Shown piece by piece: positions 39,801 to 50,123 of a stretch of DNA of 64,000 bases; the first letter of the stretch is position 1; each line of letters starts with the position of its first letter. The stretch comes from a phage. The stretch lies in the sequence record PZ452579.1. One strand, 5' to 3'. The notes under the pieces were generated by a model. That model saw nothing but the letters and a program-made list of their open reading frames with translations, was not told the DNA's origin and made no database searches. The position numbers were made by a program, and so were the translations under genes.

Positions 39801-40639
39801 CTGCTGATAATAAAGTATCATTTAATATTAATGGAACACTTTATTCAACAGGCATTGTTTCTACAAATGGATTAAATGTTACAGGTGTTTCTACCTTTAC
39901 CGGGCCTATTAGTGCTACAGGCGAAATTGTTTCTAGTTCTCCTATTGCATTCAGAGCTATTAACGGTAACTATGGTGTTATGCTTTATAACGCTGGTAAC
40001 AGTTCTTATATTGCATTAACTAACTCAGGTGACCAGACCGGGACGTTTAATAACTTACGCCCGATCACGATTAACAACGCCACAGGCTTAGTTCGTCTTG
40101 ACAATGGTGTTCAAATCACAAGTGGTGCAACAATAACTACCGGTGGGTTAACTGTAAATAACAGAATTATTTCTAACGGCGTTAAAACTGCCACTGTTTA
40201 TACCGATAAACCAACAGCTTCTACTGTAGGTTTTTGGTCTATTGACATTAACGATTCTGCTGTATATAGCCAATTCCCTGGATACTGGACGCGTGATAAC
40301 AAAGGTAACCGTGACCAAGAAATTAAATATCCTGGTACTTTGACTCAATTCGGCAATAGCTTAGATTCGCTTTATCAGGATTGGATTTGTTATCCTACAG
40401 GTGCAAATGGTGGTAGCATTCGATATACTCGTACCTGGCAGAAAAATAAAGATGCTTGGACTTCATTTGCAATGGTATTTGATAGTGGCAACCCACCTTC
40501 ACCTAGCGATGTCGGTGCTATCCCATCTGATAATGCTGTTATTGGAAACCTTACTATTCGAGACTTCTTACAATTAGGAAATGTGAGAATTGTTCCAGAC
40601 CCGGTTAACAAAACAGTTAAATTTATATGGGTTGAATAA
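36806..40639 (+). CDS. 34: Long tail fiber proximal subunit gp34
   Basis: 1277 aa (T4 1289 aa); internal phage fibre repeats; synteny 34-35-36-37. Confidence 0.93.
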   Translation: MVDIKRKFRAEDGLDAGGDKIVNVALADRTVGTDGVNVDFLVQENTVQNYDETRAYTKDFIVLYDNRFYQALSDIPAPAGPFSLAKWKATRTDAEWITVQGGDFQLSVGNSIAVDTSAGTDINFTLPQNPLDGDTVILSDIGGRVGYVKVQITAAAQSIVNFRGQQVRSVLMTHPKSKMVFIFSNRLWQMYVSDYERNAVTVTPATPYQAQPNDFIIRRFTSAAPINITLPRNANNGDIINLVDLDKLNPLYHTIVKTYDDTTSIREAGVHVAEGRNTAEAFFVYDSANSLWRVWEGDQKSRLRIVRNDTDLRPNEEVLVFGTNNDTISTVNLTLPTDILSGDTVKISLNYMRKGQTVKIKAAEGDTIASSISLLQFPKRSEYPPDAQWVSVSELEFNGDTSYVPVLELAYIEDYSSETKYWVVQQNTVTVERVDASSNNTRARLGVIALASQAQANVDLENAPGKELAITPETLANRTATETRRGIARIATTAQVNQNTDFAFQDDLIISPKKLNERTATETRRGVAEVATQAETNAGTDDTTIITPKKLDARQGSEVLSGIVKYTSTTGTTAATIRGNAGTNVYNKAVDNLTISPKALDQYKATPTQQGAVILAIESEVIAGESQAGWANAVVTPETLHKKTSTDGRIGLIEIATQAETNTGTDYTRAVTPKTLNDRKATEGLSGIAEIATQVEFDTGTDDTRISSPLKIKTHFDSSGRTSVNSDSGLIEEGTLWNHYTLDISKANETQRGTLRVATQAESNAGTLDDVLITPKKLLGTKSTETSEGVIKVATQAETVTGTSANTAVSPKNLKWIVQSEPSWTATTAIRGFVKTSSGSITFVGDDTQGNTQDLNLYEKNSYAISPYELNRVLANYLPLKAKAADSNLLDGLDSLQFIRRDIDQTVNGSLSLTKQTNLSAPLVSTSTASFGSEASVTRRLTLNDSSGSEIVFTKGTQSLSNKENFVVRAWGNSATDGDRDTVFEAGDETGYHFYSQRAADNKVSFNINGTLYSTGIVSTNGLNVTGVSTFTGPISATGEIVSSSPIAFRAINGNYGVMLYNAGNSSYIALTNSGDQTGTFNNLRPITINNATGLVRLDNGVQITSGATITTGGLTVNNRIISNGVKTATVYTDKPTASTVGFWSIDINDSAVYSQFPGYWTRDNKGNRDQEIKYPGTLTQFGNSLDSLYQDWICYPTGANGGSIRYTRTWQKNKDAWTSFAMVFDSGNPPSPSDVGAIPSDNAVIGNLTIRDFLQLGNVRIVPDPVNKTVKFIWVE
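38236..39250 (+). repeat. Tandem phage tail-fibre peptide repeats within gene 34
   Basis: Recurring ~35-aa units of type ATETRRG(I/V)A.(I/V)ATQAE.N.GTDDT..ITPKKL. Confidence 0.7.
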
Positions 40640-40647
40640 GAGGTTAT

Positions 40648-41772
40648 ATGGAAAAATTTATGGCAAGGTTTGGACAGGGATACGTCCAAACGCCGTTTTT
40701 ATCGGAAAGCAATTCAGTTAGATTTAAGCTAAGTATAGCGGGTTCATGCCCGCTTTCAACAACTAATCCGTATATTTTGTTCCAAAACGAGCCTTTAGGG
40801 TTGCAGTCTTTTGGTATTGGACTAAATGTTAGGGTAATAAATCCGGAAAATGGAACTATAGTTGATAGTAAATTATACAATTTTGCGCCTACAAATAATG
40901 CAACTTCAGCTGCATTTATTTCGTTTGTTAATACATACGCAGATAATTTCATTTTCGCATTTATTTCTAATAACAAATTTAATTTGCCGCCAGAAATAAT
41001 TGAATGGTTTAAAGCTGCTGGGAGTTCAGTTATACCGTCAATTGAAGTTGCTAGTCTTGTTGATATTTCATATTCAGCGTTTTATGTTTCAGGTAAAAAT
41101 ACTATTGCATTAGAACACATAAAATACAGTAATAAGAAAACAATTTCTGATTACGCAACTCCATTAGATATTGTATATGACTCTATTGCTGATATAGGTG
41201 CTACCGGCTATCCTAGACGTACATATGAAGCTCTAGAAACGTTTTTATCTCCTGTTGGAGGAACTAACAATGAAATAAAAAGGATGCCTACATCATCCCT
41301 TGTTACTCCTATCGCAAACTATGGATTAAAACCTACAGATTTTCTTTATTTGAAATTTCAATTAATGGCTGATGAAGAATTATTAGAGGAAGGAACCACA
41401 AGACTTTCAATTCGTTTCTTTAAGACTCCATCTAGCTCTCCTATATCATCTAAAGATATAAACTTTGATGGAACTGCCGGGGAGTGGAAGTTATATGAAG
41501 AATACGTTGAAATACCAGCTGAAGCTGATGGCTTTACAGTATATTGTTACCGTACGGCCTCAGTCGGTCAAGGTGGACTAAGAAATGTTATTTTCACTGA
41601 AGTATCATGTAACGGAAGTATAGCAAAACCCGCCGAGTTTGGTATAAACGGTATTCGTGTTAATTACATTGATGAATCATTAACCGGTAATGATATAATG
41701 GACTTGCCTACTCAGTTATCTAACGACACAGGTAAGGTATTTGGGCAGGAATTTAAAGAGTACACAGAATAA
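40648..41772 (+). CDS. 35: Long tail fiber hinge protein gp35
   Basis: 374 aa (T4 372 aa); synteny. Confidence 0.88.
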   Translation: MEKFMARFGQGYVQTPFLSESNSVRFKLSIAGSCPLSTTNPYILFQNEPLGLQSFGIGLNVRVINPENGTIVDSKLYNFAPTNNATSAAFISFVNTYADNFIFAFISNNKFNLPPEIIEWFKAAGSSVIPSIEVASLVDISYSAFYVSGKNTIALEHIKYSNKKTISDYATPLDIVYDSIADIGATGYPRRTYEALETFLSPVGGTNNEIKRMPTSSLVTPIANYGLKPTDFLYLKFQLMADEELLEEGTTRLSIRFFKTPSSSPISSKDINFDGTAGEWKLYEEYVEIPAEADGFTVYCYRTASVGQGGLRNVIFTEVSCNGSIAKPAEFGINGIRVNYIDESLTGNDIMDLPTQLSNDTGKVFGQEFKEYTE

Positions 41773-41773
41773 A

Positions 41774-41793
41774 GGAGACTTCGGTCTCCTTTT
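41774..41793 (+). terminator. UUCG-tetraloop hairpin terminator after gene 35 (plus strand)
   Basis: ggagac ttcg gtctcc followed by tttt. Confidence 0.65.
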
Positions 41794-41797
41794 CGCG

Positions 41798-41805
41798 TAT
41801 AAATA
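41798..41805 (+). promoter_or_regulatory. T4 late promoter for genes 36-37-38
   Basis: TATAAATA 26 nt upstream of gene 36 ATG. Confidence 0.6.
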
Positions 41806-41831
41806 CTTTAATATTAATAAGGAGACACGAA

Positions 41832-42488
41832 ATGGCCGATTTAAAAGCCGGAAGTACAGTTGGTGGTTCCGTCATATGGCATCAAGGCAATTTTCCTTTA
41901 ATGCCAGCTGGCGATGACATCCTATATAAAACATTTAAATTATATACCGAATATAACAAGCCAAAAGCGGCTGATAACGATTTCGTATCTAAAGCAAATG
42001 GTGGGACATATCTCAAAAAGGTAATCTTTAACGAAGGTGTTGCAGTCAAAACAGCAGATGACCAAACGAATGGTATTTTTTCTGGTGGTGGTGACGCCGC
42101 GACATTCGACCAAACAAACATGGATATTGTTTCGTGGTATGGTATTGGGTTTAAATCATCTCAAGGTACAGGTGAAAGAACTGTTGTAATTGATACTCGC
42201 ACCGGTAATATAAGTTCTAAAGGCATTATTGAAGCATCTCAATTCAGAGCCACAACGTTAGCACCTTTAAATAATTACGACCTTACTCGCAAAGATTATG
42301 TTGATAGTCAAATAAATACAGTTAATGCTAATGCAAACAGTCGTGTACTCCGTTCAGGAGATACGATGACCGGCGCGCTAACCGCCCCAAACTTTTTCTC
42401 ACAGAATCCTGCATCTCAACCCTCGCATGTTCCACGATTTGACCAAATTGTTATTAAGGATTCTGTTCAAGATTTCGGCTATTATTAA
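41832..42488 (+). CDS. 36: Long tail fiber distal connector gp36
   Basis: 218 aa (T4 221 aa); synteny. Confidence 0.88.
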   Translation: MADLKAGSTVGGSVIWHQGNFPLMPAGDDILYKTFKLYTEYNKPKAADNDFVSKANGGTYLKKVIFNEGVAVKTADDQTNGIFSGGGDAATFDQTNMDIVSWYGIGFKSSQGTGERTVVIDTRTGNISSKGIIEASQFRATTLAPLNNYDLTRKDYVDSQINTVNANANSRVLRSGDTMTGALTAPNFFSQNPASQPSHVPRFDQIVIKDSVQDFGYY

Positions 42489-42496
42489 GAGGACTT

Positions 42497-45400
42497 ATGG
42501 CTACTTTAAAACAAATACAATTTAAAAGAAGCAAAACTGCAGGAGCACGTCCTGCCGCTTCAGTATTAGCCGAAGGTGAATTGGCTATAAACTTAAAAGA
42601 CCGTGTACTTTTTACTAAAGATGACCAAGGAAATATTATTGATCTGGGTTTTGCTAAAGGCGGTAGTATTGACGGGAATGTTATTCATACAGGCAATTAT
42701 AACCAAACTGGCGATTATACTTTAAATGGCGTCTTCACCCAGACTGGTAATTTTAATTTAACTGGTATTGCTCGAGTAACTCGCGATATTATTGCCGCTG
42801 GGCAGATTATGACTGAAGGCGGAGAACTTATTACAAAAAGTTCAGGTACAGCACATGTTCGTTTTCATGATTCGGCTGATCGTGAACGTGGCATTATTTA
42901 TGCACCGGCTAATGATGGATTAACTACGCAAGTAGTTAATATCCGCGTTAAAGACTACGCCGCTGGTGATGAAAGCACCTATGCATTTTCGGGCAGTGGA
43001 CTATTTACTTCACCTGAAGTGTCAGCATGGAAATCTATGTCAACTCCTCAGATTTTGACAAATAGAGTTATTACTAATAATAAATCTACGAGCGATTATG
43101 ACATTTATTCTATGGCAGACAACGTTCCATTGTCTGAAAGCACTACTGCTATTAATCATCTCCGTGTTATGCGCAATGCTGTAGGCGCTGGTGTATTCCA
43201 TGAAGTTAAAGATAATGATGGAATAACTTGGTATACTGGAGATGGCTTAGACACTTATCTTTGGTCGTTTACCTGGTCCGGTGGATTGAAAGCAGGCCAT
43301 TCTATTTCTGTTGGTACTCCTGGTGGCAATAAAGGATACTCTGAATTAGGGACTGCTTCAATTTCTCTTGGCGATAATGATACCGGGCTAAAATGGCATC
43401 AGGATGGATATTATTTCAGCGTCAATAATGGAACGAAAACATTTTTATTTAGTCCCAACGAAACAACTAGCCTAAGAAAATTTGTAGCTGGATATTCTAC
43501 TACCGGAACCGATTTAACTACTCCTCCAACTGAAAACTATGCTTTGGCCACTGTTGTTACTTACCATGATAATAACGCGTTTGGAGACGGTCAGACTCTT
43601 TTAGGATATTATCAAGGCGGTAACTATCATCATTATTTTCGCGGTAAGGGTACTACAAACATTAATACTCACGGCGGTTTGTTAGTTACTCCAGGTAATA
43701 TTGATGTTATTGGCGGTTCTGTTAATATCGATGGTAGAAATAATGCTTCTACACTGATGTTTAGAGGTAACACAACTGGTAGTAGTTCAGTTGATAATAT
43801 GACAATTTCTGTGTGGGGTAATACGTTTACTAATCCTAGTGTAGGTGATCGTAAAAACGTCATGGAAATTTCTGATGCAACTGGTTGGATGAGCTATATT
43901 CAAAGACTTACAACAGGTGAAGTAGAAATGAACGTTAACGGTTCATTTGAATCATCTGGTGTTACTGCTGGAAATAGAGGAGTTCACACAACAGGTGAAA
44001 TTTCATCTGGAGCAGTGAATGCGCTTCGCATTTGGAATGCAGATTATGGAGCTATTTTTAGACGTTCAGAAGGAAGTCTTCATATTATTCCAACTGCTTA
44101 TGGTGAAGGCAAAAATGGTGATATCGGTCCACTTCGCCCGTTTAGTATGGCTTTAGATACCGGTAAAGTTACTATTCCAGATTTACAATCAAGTTACAAT
44201 ACGTTCGCTGCGAACGGCTATATTAAATTTGTTGGTCATGGAGCGGGTGCCGGCGGTTATGACATTCAATATGCTCAAGCGGCTCCTATTTTCCAGGAAA
44301 TTGATGACGATGCTGTAAGCAAATATTATCCGATTGTTAAGCAGAAGTTTTTAAACGGTAAAGCAGTTTGGTCTTTAGGTACTGAAATTAATTCGGGTAC
44401 ATTCGTTATTCATCATCTGAAAGAAGATGGTTCACAAGGACATACATCTCGTTTTAATCAAGACGGTACAGTTAATTTCCCTGATAATGTTCAGGTTGGT
44501 GGTGGTGAAGCTACTATTGCTCGCAACGGTAATATTTTCTCTGATATTTGGAAAACGTTTACTTCTGCAGGTGATGTAACTAATACCCATGACGCTATTG
44601 CTACTCGTGTTGCCAAAGAAGGTGATACGATGACCGGGCGCTTAACTCTTAATGCAAACTCGGATGCTATTGTTATTAACAGTGCTGCAACCGAATCTGG
44701 TTATGTGAAAGGACAAAAAGCAGGCGTTGATAACTGGTATGTAGGTAATGGTGGGGCTGATAATGCTATATCGTTTTATAGTTTCCGAACTAATTCAGGC
44801 ATATATGTTAATAATGGCGGTGATATTGCTTTAAACCCGGAAGGGTCTGCTACTTTTAATTTTAATAGGGATCGAATTTATATAAATGGGTCAGTCTGGA
44901 CCGCACACCAGGCTGGCGATTGGGGAAATCAATGGCGCCAGGAAGCTCCTGTATTTGTGGATTTTGGTAATGTCGGTAATGATAGTTATTATCCTATTAT
45001 TAAAGGAAAATCTGGTATTACTAATGAAGGTTATATATCTGGTGTAGATTTTGGTATGCGCCGTATCACTAATACATGGGCACAAGGTATTATTCGTGTA
45101 GGCAACCAGGAAGGCGATTCTGACCCACAAGCGATCTATGAATTCCACCACAATGGAGTTATGTATGTTCCTAACATGGTTAAAACCGGAGCAAGATTAT
45201 CGGCTGGCGGTGGTGACCCGGTGTGGACTGGACCATGTCTTGTTATTGGTGATAATGATACCGGATTAGTTCATGGTGGTGATGGGCGAATTAACATGGT
45301 TGCAAATGGAGTGCATATTGCTTCGTGGTCTTCATCTTATCATTCTCATCCTGGCCTTTGGGATTCAAACGGTGCTTTGTGGACAGAAGTTGGCAAAGCA

Positions 45401-45808
45401 GTTATTTCTCATGGTCATTTAGTTCAGGCGAATGACAACTATTCAACATATGTCCGCGATGTTTATGTCCGCTCTGATATTCGTGTTAAAAAGAACCTCG
45501 TTAAATTTGAAAATGCTTCTGAGAAGCTTTCTAAAATTAACGGTTACACTTATATACAGAAGCGAGGCCTAGATGAAGAAGGTAATCAGAAATGGGAACC
45601 AAACGCTGGGTTAATTGCTCAAGAAGTTCAAGCTATTTTACCTGAATTAGTTGAAGGTGATCAGGATGGTGAAGCTTTACTTCGTTTGAACTATAACGGT
45701 GTAATTGGTTTAAATACAGCTGCAATCAATGAGCATACTGCAGAAATTGCAGAACTTAAGTCAGAGATTGAAGAGCTTAAAAAATTAGTTAAATCATTGT
45801 TAAAATAA
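42497..45808 (+). CDS. 37: Long tail fiber distal subunit gp37 with C-terminal intramolecular chaperone domain
   Basis: 1103 aa; C-terminal ~110 aa carry an S|DxRxK autoproteolysis motif ([10 protein letters not shown]) and coiled-coil tail, as in T2-type gp37. Confidence 0.9.
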   Translation: MATLKQIQFKRSKTAGARPAASVLAEGELAINLKDRVLFTKDDQGNIIDLGFAKGGSIDGNVIHTGNYNQTGDYTLNGVFTQTGNFNLTGIARVTRDIIAAGQIMTEGGELITKSSGTAHVRFHDSADRERGIIYAPANDGLTTQVVNIRVKDYAAGDESTYAFSGSGLFTSPEVSAWKSMSTPQILTNRVITNNKSTSDYDIYSMADNVPLSESTTAINHLRVMRNAVGAGVFHEVKDNDGITWYTGDGLDTYLWSFTWSGGLKAGHSISVGTPGGNKGYSELGTASISLGDNDTGLKWHQDGYYFSVNNGTKTFLFSPNETTSLRKFVAGYSTTGTDLTTPPTENYALATVVTYHDNNAFGDGQTLLGYYQGGNYHHYFRGKGTTNINTHGGLLVTPGNIDVIGGSVNIDGRNNASTLMFRGNTTGSSSVDNMTISVWGNTFTNPSVGDRKNVMEISDATGWMSYIQRLTTGEVEMNVNGSFESSGVTAGNRGVHTTGEISSGAVNALRIWNADYGAIFRRSEGSLHIIPTAYGEGKNGDIGPLRPFSMALDTGKVTIPDLQSSYNTFAANGYIKFVGHGAGAGGYDIQYAQAAPIFQEIDDDAVSKYYPIVKQKFLNGKAVWSLGTEINSGTFVIHHLKEDGSQGHTSRFNQDGTVNFPDNVQVGGGEATIARNGNIFSDIWKTFTSAGDVTNTHDAIATRVAKEGDTMTGRLTLNANSDAIVINSAATESGYVKGQKAGVDNWYVGNGGADNAISFYSFRTNSGIYVNNGGDIALNPEGSATFNFNRDRIYINGSVWTAHQAGDWGNQWRQEAPVFVDFGNVGNDSYYPIIKGKSGITNEGYISGVDFGMRRITNTWAQGIIRVGNQEGDSDPQAIYEFHHNGVMYVPNMVKTGARLSAGGGDPVWTGPCLVIGDNDTGLVHGGDGRINMVANGVHIASWSSSYHSHPGLWDSNGALWTEVGKAVISHGHLVQANDNYSTYVRDVYVRSDIRVKKNLVKFENASEKLSKINGYTYIQKRGLDEEGNQKWEPNAGLIAQEVQAILPELVEGDQDGEALLRLNYNGVIGLNTAAINEHTAEIAELKSEIEELKKLVKSLLK

Positions 45809-45813
45809 TAAGA

Positions 45814-45827
45814 GGGGCTTCGGCCCC
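45814..45827 (+). other. Intercistronic GGGGC-UUCG-GCCCC hairpin between genes 37 and 38
   Basis: ggggcttcggcccc directly before the GGAGG RBS of gene 38. Confidence 0.55.
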
Positions 45828-45839
45828 TTGGAGGTTTAT

Positions 45840-46613
45840 ATGGCAGTTGAAGGACCGTGGGTAGGATGGTCTGCAAGGGTACAGACTGGAGATCCTTGGA
45901 TGGGTGGTGCCGCACAGAGATTGAGAATGGGAATTCCGTTTTGGATGAGTAATATGATAGGTCGATCTGTTGAAGTAATTCACACACTTGGAGCAGACCA
46001 TAACTTCAATGGTCAATGGTTCCGAGATAGATGTTTTGAGGCAGGTAGTGCACCTATAGTGTTTAATATCACTGGAAATTTAGTATCATATAGTAAAGAT
46101 GTTCCATTATTCTTTATGTATGGCGATACACCAAATGAATATGTTACTTTGAATATTCACGGTGGAGTTCATATGTGGGGACGAGGTGGTAACGGTACTG
46201 TAAACGGAAACCCAGGCACAAATGGCGGCGATGTAATCCAAAATGATATCGGCGGAAGACTTCGTATTTGGAACTATGGCGTTATTGCATCAGGCGGCGG
46301 CGGTGGTGGTGCAATGTCGTTACAGAATAGCTGGGCGCCAAATGCTACAGCAGGTGGCGGTGGTGGTAGACCATTTGGCCTCGGCGGAGGCGGCGTTAAT
46401 TGGCCGGGTGGTAATGCTAGTTATGACGCCCCGGGCGGTGCCGGTTACACTTCCCAATTCGGCGGAGGCAATGGCGGTGATGCTGGAGGTCGTGGCGGAG
46501 ACGGATGGGGTAATCACTTATCTAGATCTGGCGGTGGTGCTCCTGGCAGAGCAGTATTCGGAAGTTCACCGTCATGGGGTGCTACAGGCACAATCTACGG
46601 CTCCTGGATTTAA
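45840..46613 (+). CDS. 38: gp38 receptor-recognizing adhesin (T2/T6 type) with glycine-rich motifs
   Basis: 257 aa from ATG at 45840 (GGAGG RBS); conserved N-terminus ([35 protein letters not shown]) and poly-Gly islands separating variable segments. Confidence 0.9.
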   Translation: MAVEGPWVGWSARVQTGDPWMGGAAQRLRMGIPFWMSNMIGRSVEVIHTLGADHNFNGQWFRDRCFEAGSAPIVFNITGNLVSYSKDVPLFFMYGDTPNEYVTLNIHGGVHMWGRGGNGTVNGNPGTNGGDVIQNDIGGRLRIWNYGVIASGGGGGGAMSLQNSWAPNATAGGGGGRPFGLGGGGVNWPGGNASYDAPGGAGYTSQFGGGNGGDAGGRGGDGWGNHLSRSGGGAPGRAVFGSSPSWGATGTIYGSWI

Positions 46614-46631
46614 ACGATAATACCTCTCAAT

Positions 46632-46639
46632 TATAAATA
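46632..46639 (+). promoter_or_regulatory. T4 late promoter for holin gene t
   Basis: TATAAATA 8 nt upstream of the t RBS. Confidence 0.6.
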
Positions 46640-46646
46640 TTGATAA

Positions 46647-47318
46647 ATGGGAGGTAATATGGCAGCACCAAAAGTATCATTTTCGCCTAGTGATATTTTA
46701 TTTGGGTTGCTAGACCGCATTTTCAAAGATAACGCCTCTGGAAATATTCTTATTTCAAGAGTTGCTGTTGTAGTTCTTTTGTTCCTAATGGCACTAATAT
46801 GGTACAAAGGGAATATTTTTATGGATTATTACGTGAGGTCGAAATATGATACTTACACAGAAGTAATTCAAAAAGAAAGAAATACACGATTTGAATCTGC
46901 GGCTTTAGAACAACTACAAATAGTCCACGTCACATCAAGGGCGGATTTTAGTTCGGTGTATTCTTTCAGACCTAAAAATCTAAATTATTTCGTCGACCTT
47001 ATTGCGTATGAAGGTAAGTTACCTAGCACAGTAACTGAAAAATCTATGGGAGGATTTCCTGTTGATAAAACGACAGCAGAATATTCGGTCCATTTAAGTG
47101 GACTTCACTTTACTTCTAAAACAGATTTTGCTTTCTTACCTACCAAATCAAAAACTCCGGAACTGGCGTATATGTATAGTTGTCCTTACTTCAATTTGGA
47201 TAACATATATGCGGGAACTGTTTCTATGTATTGGTATAAGGGGTCGGATGTGTTAAATGAAGAACGCTTGGCTGCAATATGCAACCAAGCAGCAAGGATA
47301 TTAGGGCGGGCTAAATAA
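46647..47318 (+). CDS. t: Holin T
   Basis: 223 aa; strong identity to T4 holin (MAAPKVSFSPSDILFG..., single N-terminal TM, C-terminal ARILGRAK). Confidence 0.95.
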   Translation: MGGNMAAPKVSFSPSDILFGLLDRIFKDNASGNILISRVAVVVLLFLMALIWYKGNIFMDYYVRSKYDTYTEVIQKERNTRFESAALEQLQIVHVTSRADFSSVYSFRPKNLNYFVDLIAYEGKLPSTVTEKSMGGFPVDKTTAEYSVHLSGLHFTSKTDFAFLPTKSKTPELAYMYSCPYFNLDNIYAGTVSMYWYKGSDVLNEERLAAICNQAARILGRAK

Positions 47319-47591
47319 TTAGTTGTTAGAATACATCGTCAAATGGCGATAAATATTTTCAAAACCTTCATTGAATTCACTAATCAGTGTTTTCTTTTCT
47401 TCGGCAGTTAAATTTGTAATTAGTTTTCTGAACGAATTCTGATTTAGCTGCCGACCATCTTTTTTAATTCCAATCTCATTCAAGAATCCGATGAAATTTG
47501 CTCGGTCTTCAACAATATCTTCCCTCGAGAATTTAATCAAAATAGAAGCAACCGTAATAATTTCACGTACAATTTCAATATCTTTATTCAT
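47319..47591 (-). CDS. asiA: AsiA anti-sigma70 factor
   Basis: 90 aa; near-identical to T4 AsiA (MNKDIEIVREIITVASILIKFSREDIVE...). Confidence 0.95.
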   Translation of the reverse strand: MNKDIEIVREIITVASILIKFSREDIVEDRANFIGFLNEIGIKKDGRQLNQNSFRKLITNLTAEEKKTLISEFNEGFENIYRHLTMYSNN

Positions 47592-47625
47592 AACGTTTTA
47601 TTCATTCCATTTGGTTGATATGAGT

Positions 47626-47655
47626 ATAGTACCATTATCAGTGTTGATTGTAAAC
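47626..47655 (-). promoter_or_regulatory. T4-type early promoter (minus) for asiA
   Basis: + strand atagta - 17 nt - tgtaaac. Confidence 0.55.
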
Positions 47656-47799
47656 AGCTTTTTCTACACTTTTAACGTAATCAGTGTAGTCTTCCTGTTC
47701 ATACGAGTGTAAGGCCAAGAATGTGGCTAATAGTTCATTATAGACTAAAGCCTCACGCTCACGTTCTGCCTCTACTACGTTCTGAAGATTATGGCTCAT
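47638..47799 (-). CDS. Hypothetical small protein (asiA.1 position)
   Basis: 53 aa from internal Met to avoid a 53-nt overlap with arn; low support. Confidence 0.4.
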   Translation of the reverse strand: MSHNLQNVVEAEREREALVYNELLATFLALHSYEQEDYTDYVKSVEKAVYNQH

Positions 47800-47800
47800 A

Positions 47801-48088
47801 TCATTCCTTATAACTATCAATGTAGTCCTGTATGTCAAAGAATGACATTTCATATTCTAGGGCGTTAAGAGCCCGTTCTTCAGTATAGTCAGAACCAAAG
47901 ACGATAGTGATTTCACCAGGCTTCATGTGATTGAAATCAACACTAAAAGGAATACGAGAACATACTTCGTCTGCCATATCTACGATAACACTACGACACA
48001 CTTCTCGGTTAACCTGATAAAGCTCTGCAAGTTCTTCGCAACGAATAACAAGTTCAGTGGCAGGATTTTCTTTTATTTTAGTAAGCAT
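47801..48088 (-). CDS. arn: Probable Arn (anti-restriction nuclease) by synteny
   Basis: 95-aa acidic protein immediately upstream of asiA as in T4. Confidence 0.6.
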   Translation of the reverse strand: MLTKIKENPATELVIRCEELAELYQVNREVCRSVIVDMADEVCSRIPFSVDFNHMKPGEITIVFGSDYTEERALNALEYEMSFFDIQDYIDSYKE

Positions 48089-48162
48089 AGTCTTTACCCT
48101 TATGTTTTTGTTTACGTTTAGATTGAAGTTCCGATTTCTTCTTGTCCTTATGGACAGAAGCC

Positions 48163-48390
48163 TTATTGAAATCGTGTTTTGCTACAAGATTGTTCATAAT
48201 GATTTATAACCTCATTTAAACATTTATAGGTAAAAGAAAACTTTTTAGCCACAGAACATTCGATGATGTGTTCTTTCAAATCTTTAGAGTCAGTATAACC
48301 CATCTCAGTAATAAAGTGGCGAATTAAAGCTTTATTCTTATCATTAACAGAATTAAAATAATCTGCTTTAGAATCAATTATTCTCATCAT
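48163..48390 (-). CDS. Hypothetical protein (arn-motA islet)
   Basis: 75-aa ORF. Confidence 0.55.
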   Translation of the reverse strand: MMRIIDSKADYFNSVNDKNKALIRHFITEMGYTDSKDLKEHIIECSVAKKFSFTYKCLNEVINHYEQSCSKTRFQ

Positions 48391-48655
48391 CTAATTTCCT
48401 TAATTGATATTGCAACGAGCTAATAATTTCTTCGTTCATTTTAATATACATGTCGCGCAAGAAAGGTTTTAACCCATCACGAATAATTGCTAACGTATCA
48501 CCTTTACATAAATTAACCAAATAAGGATGGTCTAAAGCATCCCAACCAGGCTGATTAGCATACATACCATAGTTTTCTTCCATCATATGATTAAGACGTT
48601 TGATATCTTGGATACGTGATTCAATAGCATCTTTCTGGAGTTGTTTAATATTCAT
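48374..48655 (-). CDS. Hypothetical protein (arn-motA islet)
   Basis: 93-aa ORF. Confidence 0.55.
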   Translation of the reverse strand: MNIKQLQKDAIESRIQDIKRLNHMMEENYGMYANQPGWDALDHPYLVNLCKGDTLAIIRDGLKPFLRDMYIKMNEEIISSLQYQLRKLDDENN

Positions 48656-49116
48656 TAATAAAGGTCCTCTGAATAAAGTTCTTTCTCACTTCCGCCACGT
48701 TCAATACGTACCTGTCCAGCATATGTTGCAATAATCATTGCTTCTTCACGAGTCCAGTAATTAGAGTATTGGTCGATAAAGCCTTGGTCGTCGCCACAAA
48801 CTTGTTGCGAGACTAATTGAGGACCAACTATATCAAGTACTTCAGCCATATCTTTAGAGTAATGACGAACTCCAGGAATAACCAGAGTTCCACCGCTCTT
48901 CAATTTAAACCTATTAGCTGCACATACTATAACACGTTGAACTTTTTGGTCATTATTCCAATAGCACGTTTGCCAACAGATTTCAGGAACTTCATTTATT
49001 ACATCATCAACAGAATAATTATAACCGTAGGACTGGAATTTTTCTGCTAGACTTTCAGGAGTCTCACGAGACAAGGCTAAATCTAATAACTCTAAACGTT
49101 CTTTAAATGATTTCAT
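48655..49116 (-). CDS. Hypothetical protein (arn-motA islet)
   Basis: 153-aa ORF, overlapping stop/start with neighbours. Confidence 0.6.
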   Translation of the reverse strand: MKSFKERLELLDLALSRETPESLAEKFQSYGYNYSVDDVINEVPEICWQTCYWNNDQKVQRVIVCAANRFKLKSGGTLVIPGVRHYSKDMAEVLDIVGPQLVSQQVCGDDQGFIDQYSNYWTREEAMIIATYAGQVRIERGGSEKELYSEDLY

Positions 49117-49442
49117 TTAAACCATTCCTTAATACGTTGCCAAATAGATTTTTGTGCTTGTTTATTTACACCAATCGAACGAATAACCGGTTGTGACTGC
49201 TGGTATTCTTTATAATCTTCTTTATAAATTTCGTAAGCTGCATCAACAAATGAACTGATCGCTGCCATGTAGTTTTTACGAAGGCCAAATGGCGCGTCAT
49301 TATTTTCACGAATAACCGTATATTGGCCTGCTTTAATCTTTACAATTGTCCCTAAATAAGCCCCGTGGTACCAAATATCCCATCCTTCCTGAGTAGGTTC
49401 TGCACATTTACGAAGTTCGTTAATAATATTCAGCTTATTCAT
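49113..49442 (-). CDS. Hypothetical protein (motA.1 position)
   Basis: 109-aa ORF. Confidence 0.6.
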   Translation of the reverse strand: MNKLNIINELRKCAEPTQEGWDIWYHGAYLGTIVKIKAGQYTVIRENNDAPFGLRKNYMAAISSFVDAAYEIYKEDYKEYQQSQPVIRSIGVNKQAQKSIWQRIKEWFK

Positions 49443-49452
49443 TATGTATTCC

Positions 49453-50085
49453 TCACAGTACGTTAGTTACAAGGGTAATGATTTCTTTGGACACATTAGG
49501 GAAGTCAATATAAGTATATTTACCACCGATCTTAATCTTAACATCATTTTCAAGAGAAGTAAACAGCTTTGATTCAGTTTCTGACATGTTGTATGCAAAG
49601 ATTCTAAGAGCGCCATCTCGACGAATTTCGATCTGACGAATACCTAGAACTCGTTTTGCAAATCGAACTTCCAAGTTACTACGGTTTTCACCAATTTCCT
49701 TAACTTCAACTTTATCTTTAATATTTTCAAAAACAAAGTTTGCTAATTCATGCATTTCAGGAGTAACTCCACGTGCTTTTCTAGTGTTACGTTTCTGAAG
49801 AAGTTCTGGAGCGTTTTCTTGGGCAAAGAGGTCTGCAGCTTTTTGGATAATATCCATTGCTTCGCCTGTTGCTACAAGTCCATCACCGGATTTTTCGACT
49901 AAACCTTTCTTAATCAATACACCAATGTTAGAGTTAACAACTGATGCATTGTATTCCGCTTCCAGAGCTTCACGGACATTGGCAGCAGTGGTGAAGTTGT
50001 TCTTAATGATATAAACCATTATTGCAGCAGTTTTTTCATTCAGAGCGTTTTCAGAAGCTTTGATGATGTAAGTAACTTTAGACAT
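49453..50085 (-). CDS. motA: MotA middle-transcription activator
   Basis: 210 aa; matches T4 MotA (MSKVTYIIKAS...VLIKKGLVEKSGDGL...). Confidence 0.95.
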   Translation of the reverse strand: MSKVTYIIKASENALNEKTAAIMVYIIKNNFTTAANVREALEAEYNASVVNSNIGVLIKKGLVEKSGDGLVATGEAMDIIQKAADLFAQENAPELLQKRNTRKARGVTPEMHELANFVFENIKDKVEVKEIGENRSNLEVRFAKRVLGIRQIEIRRDGALRIFAYNMSETESKLFTSLENDVKIKIGGKYTYIDFPNVSKEIITLVTNVL

Positions 50086-50123
50086 TTTATTTCTCCAATT
50101 TGGTTGTTTTGTTTTGATAGGTC

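Noticed and set aside
45828-46613. gp38 start at 45828 (MEVYMAVEG...)
   Set aside because: That ATG overlaps the GGAGG RBS; the ATG at 45840 matches the conserved gp38 N-terminus.
46243-46620. + strand 125-aa ORF in an alternate frame of gene 38
   Set aside because: It is produced by the GC-rich glycine-codon region; the gp38 frame is the conserved one.
48089-48200. Lysine-rich ~39-aa minus-strand ORF overlapping the end of the 75-aa gene
   Set aside because: Overlaps a better-supported ORF and has no clear RBS.
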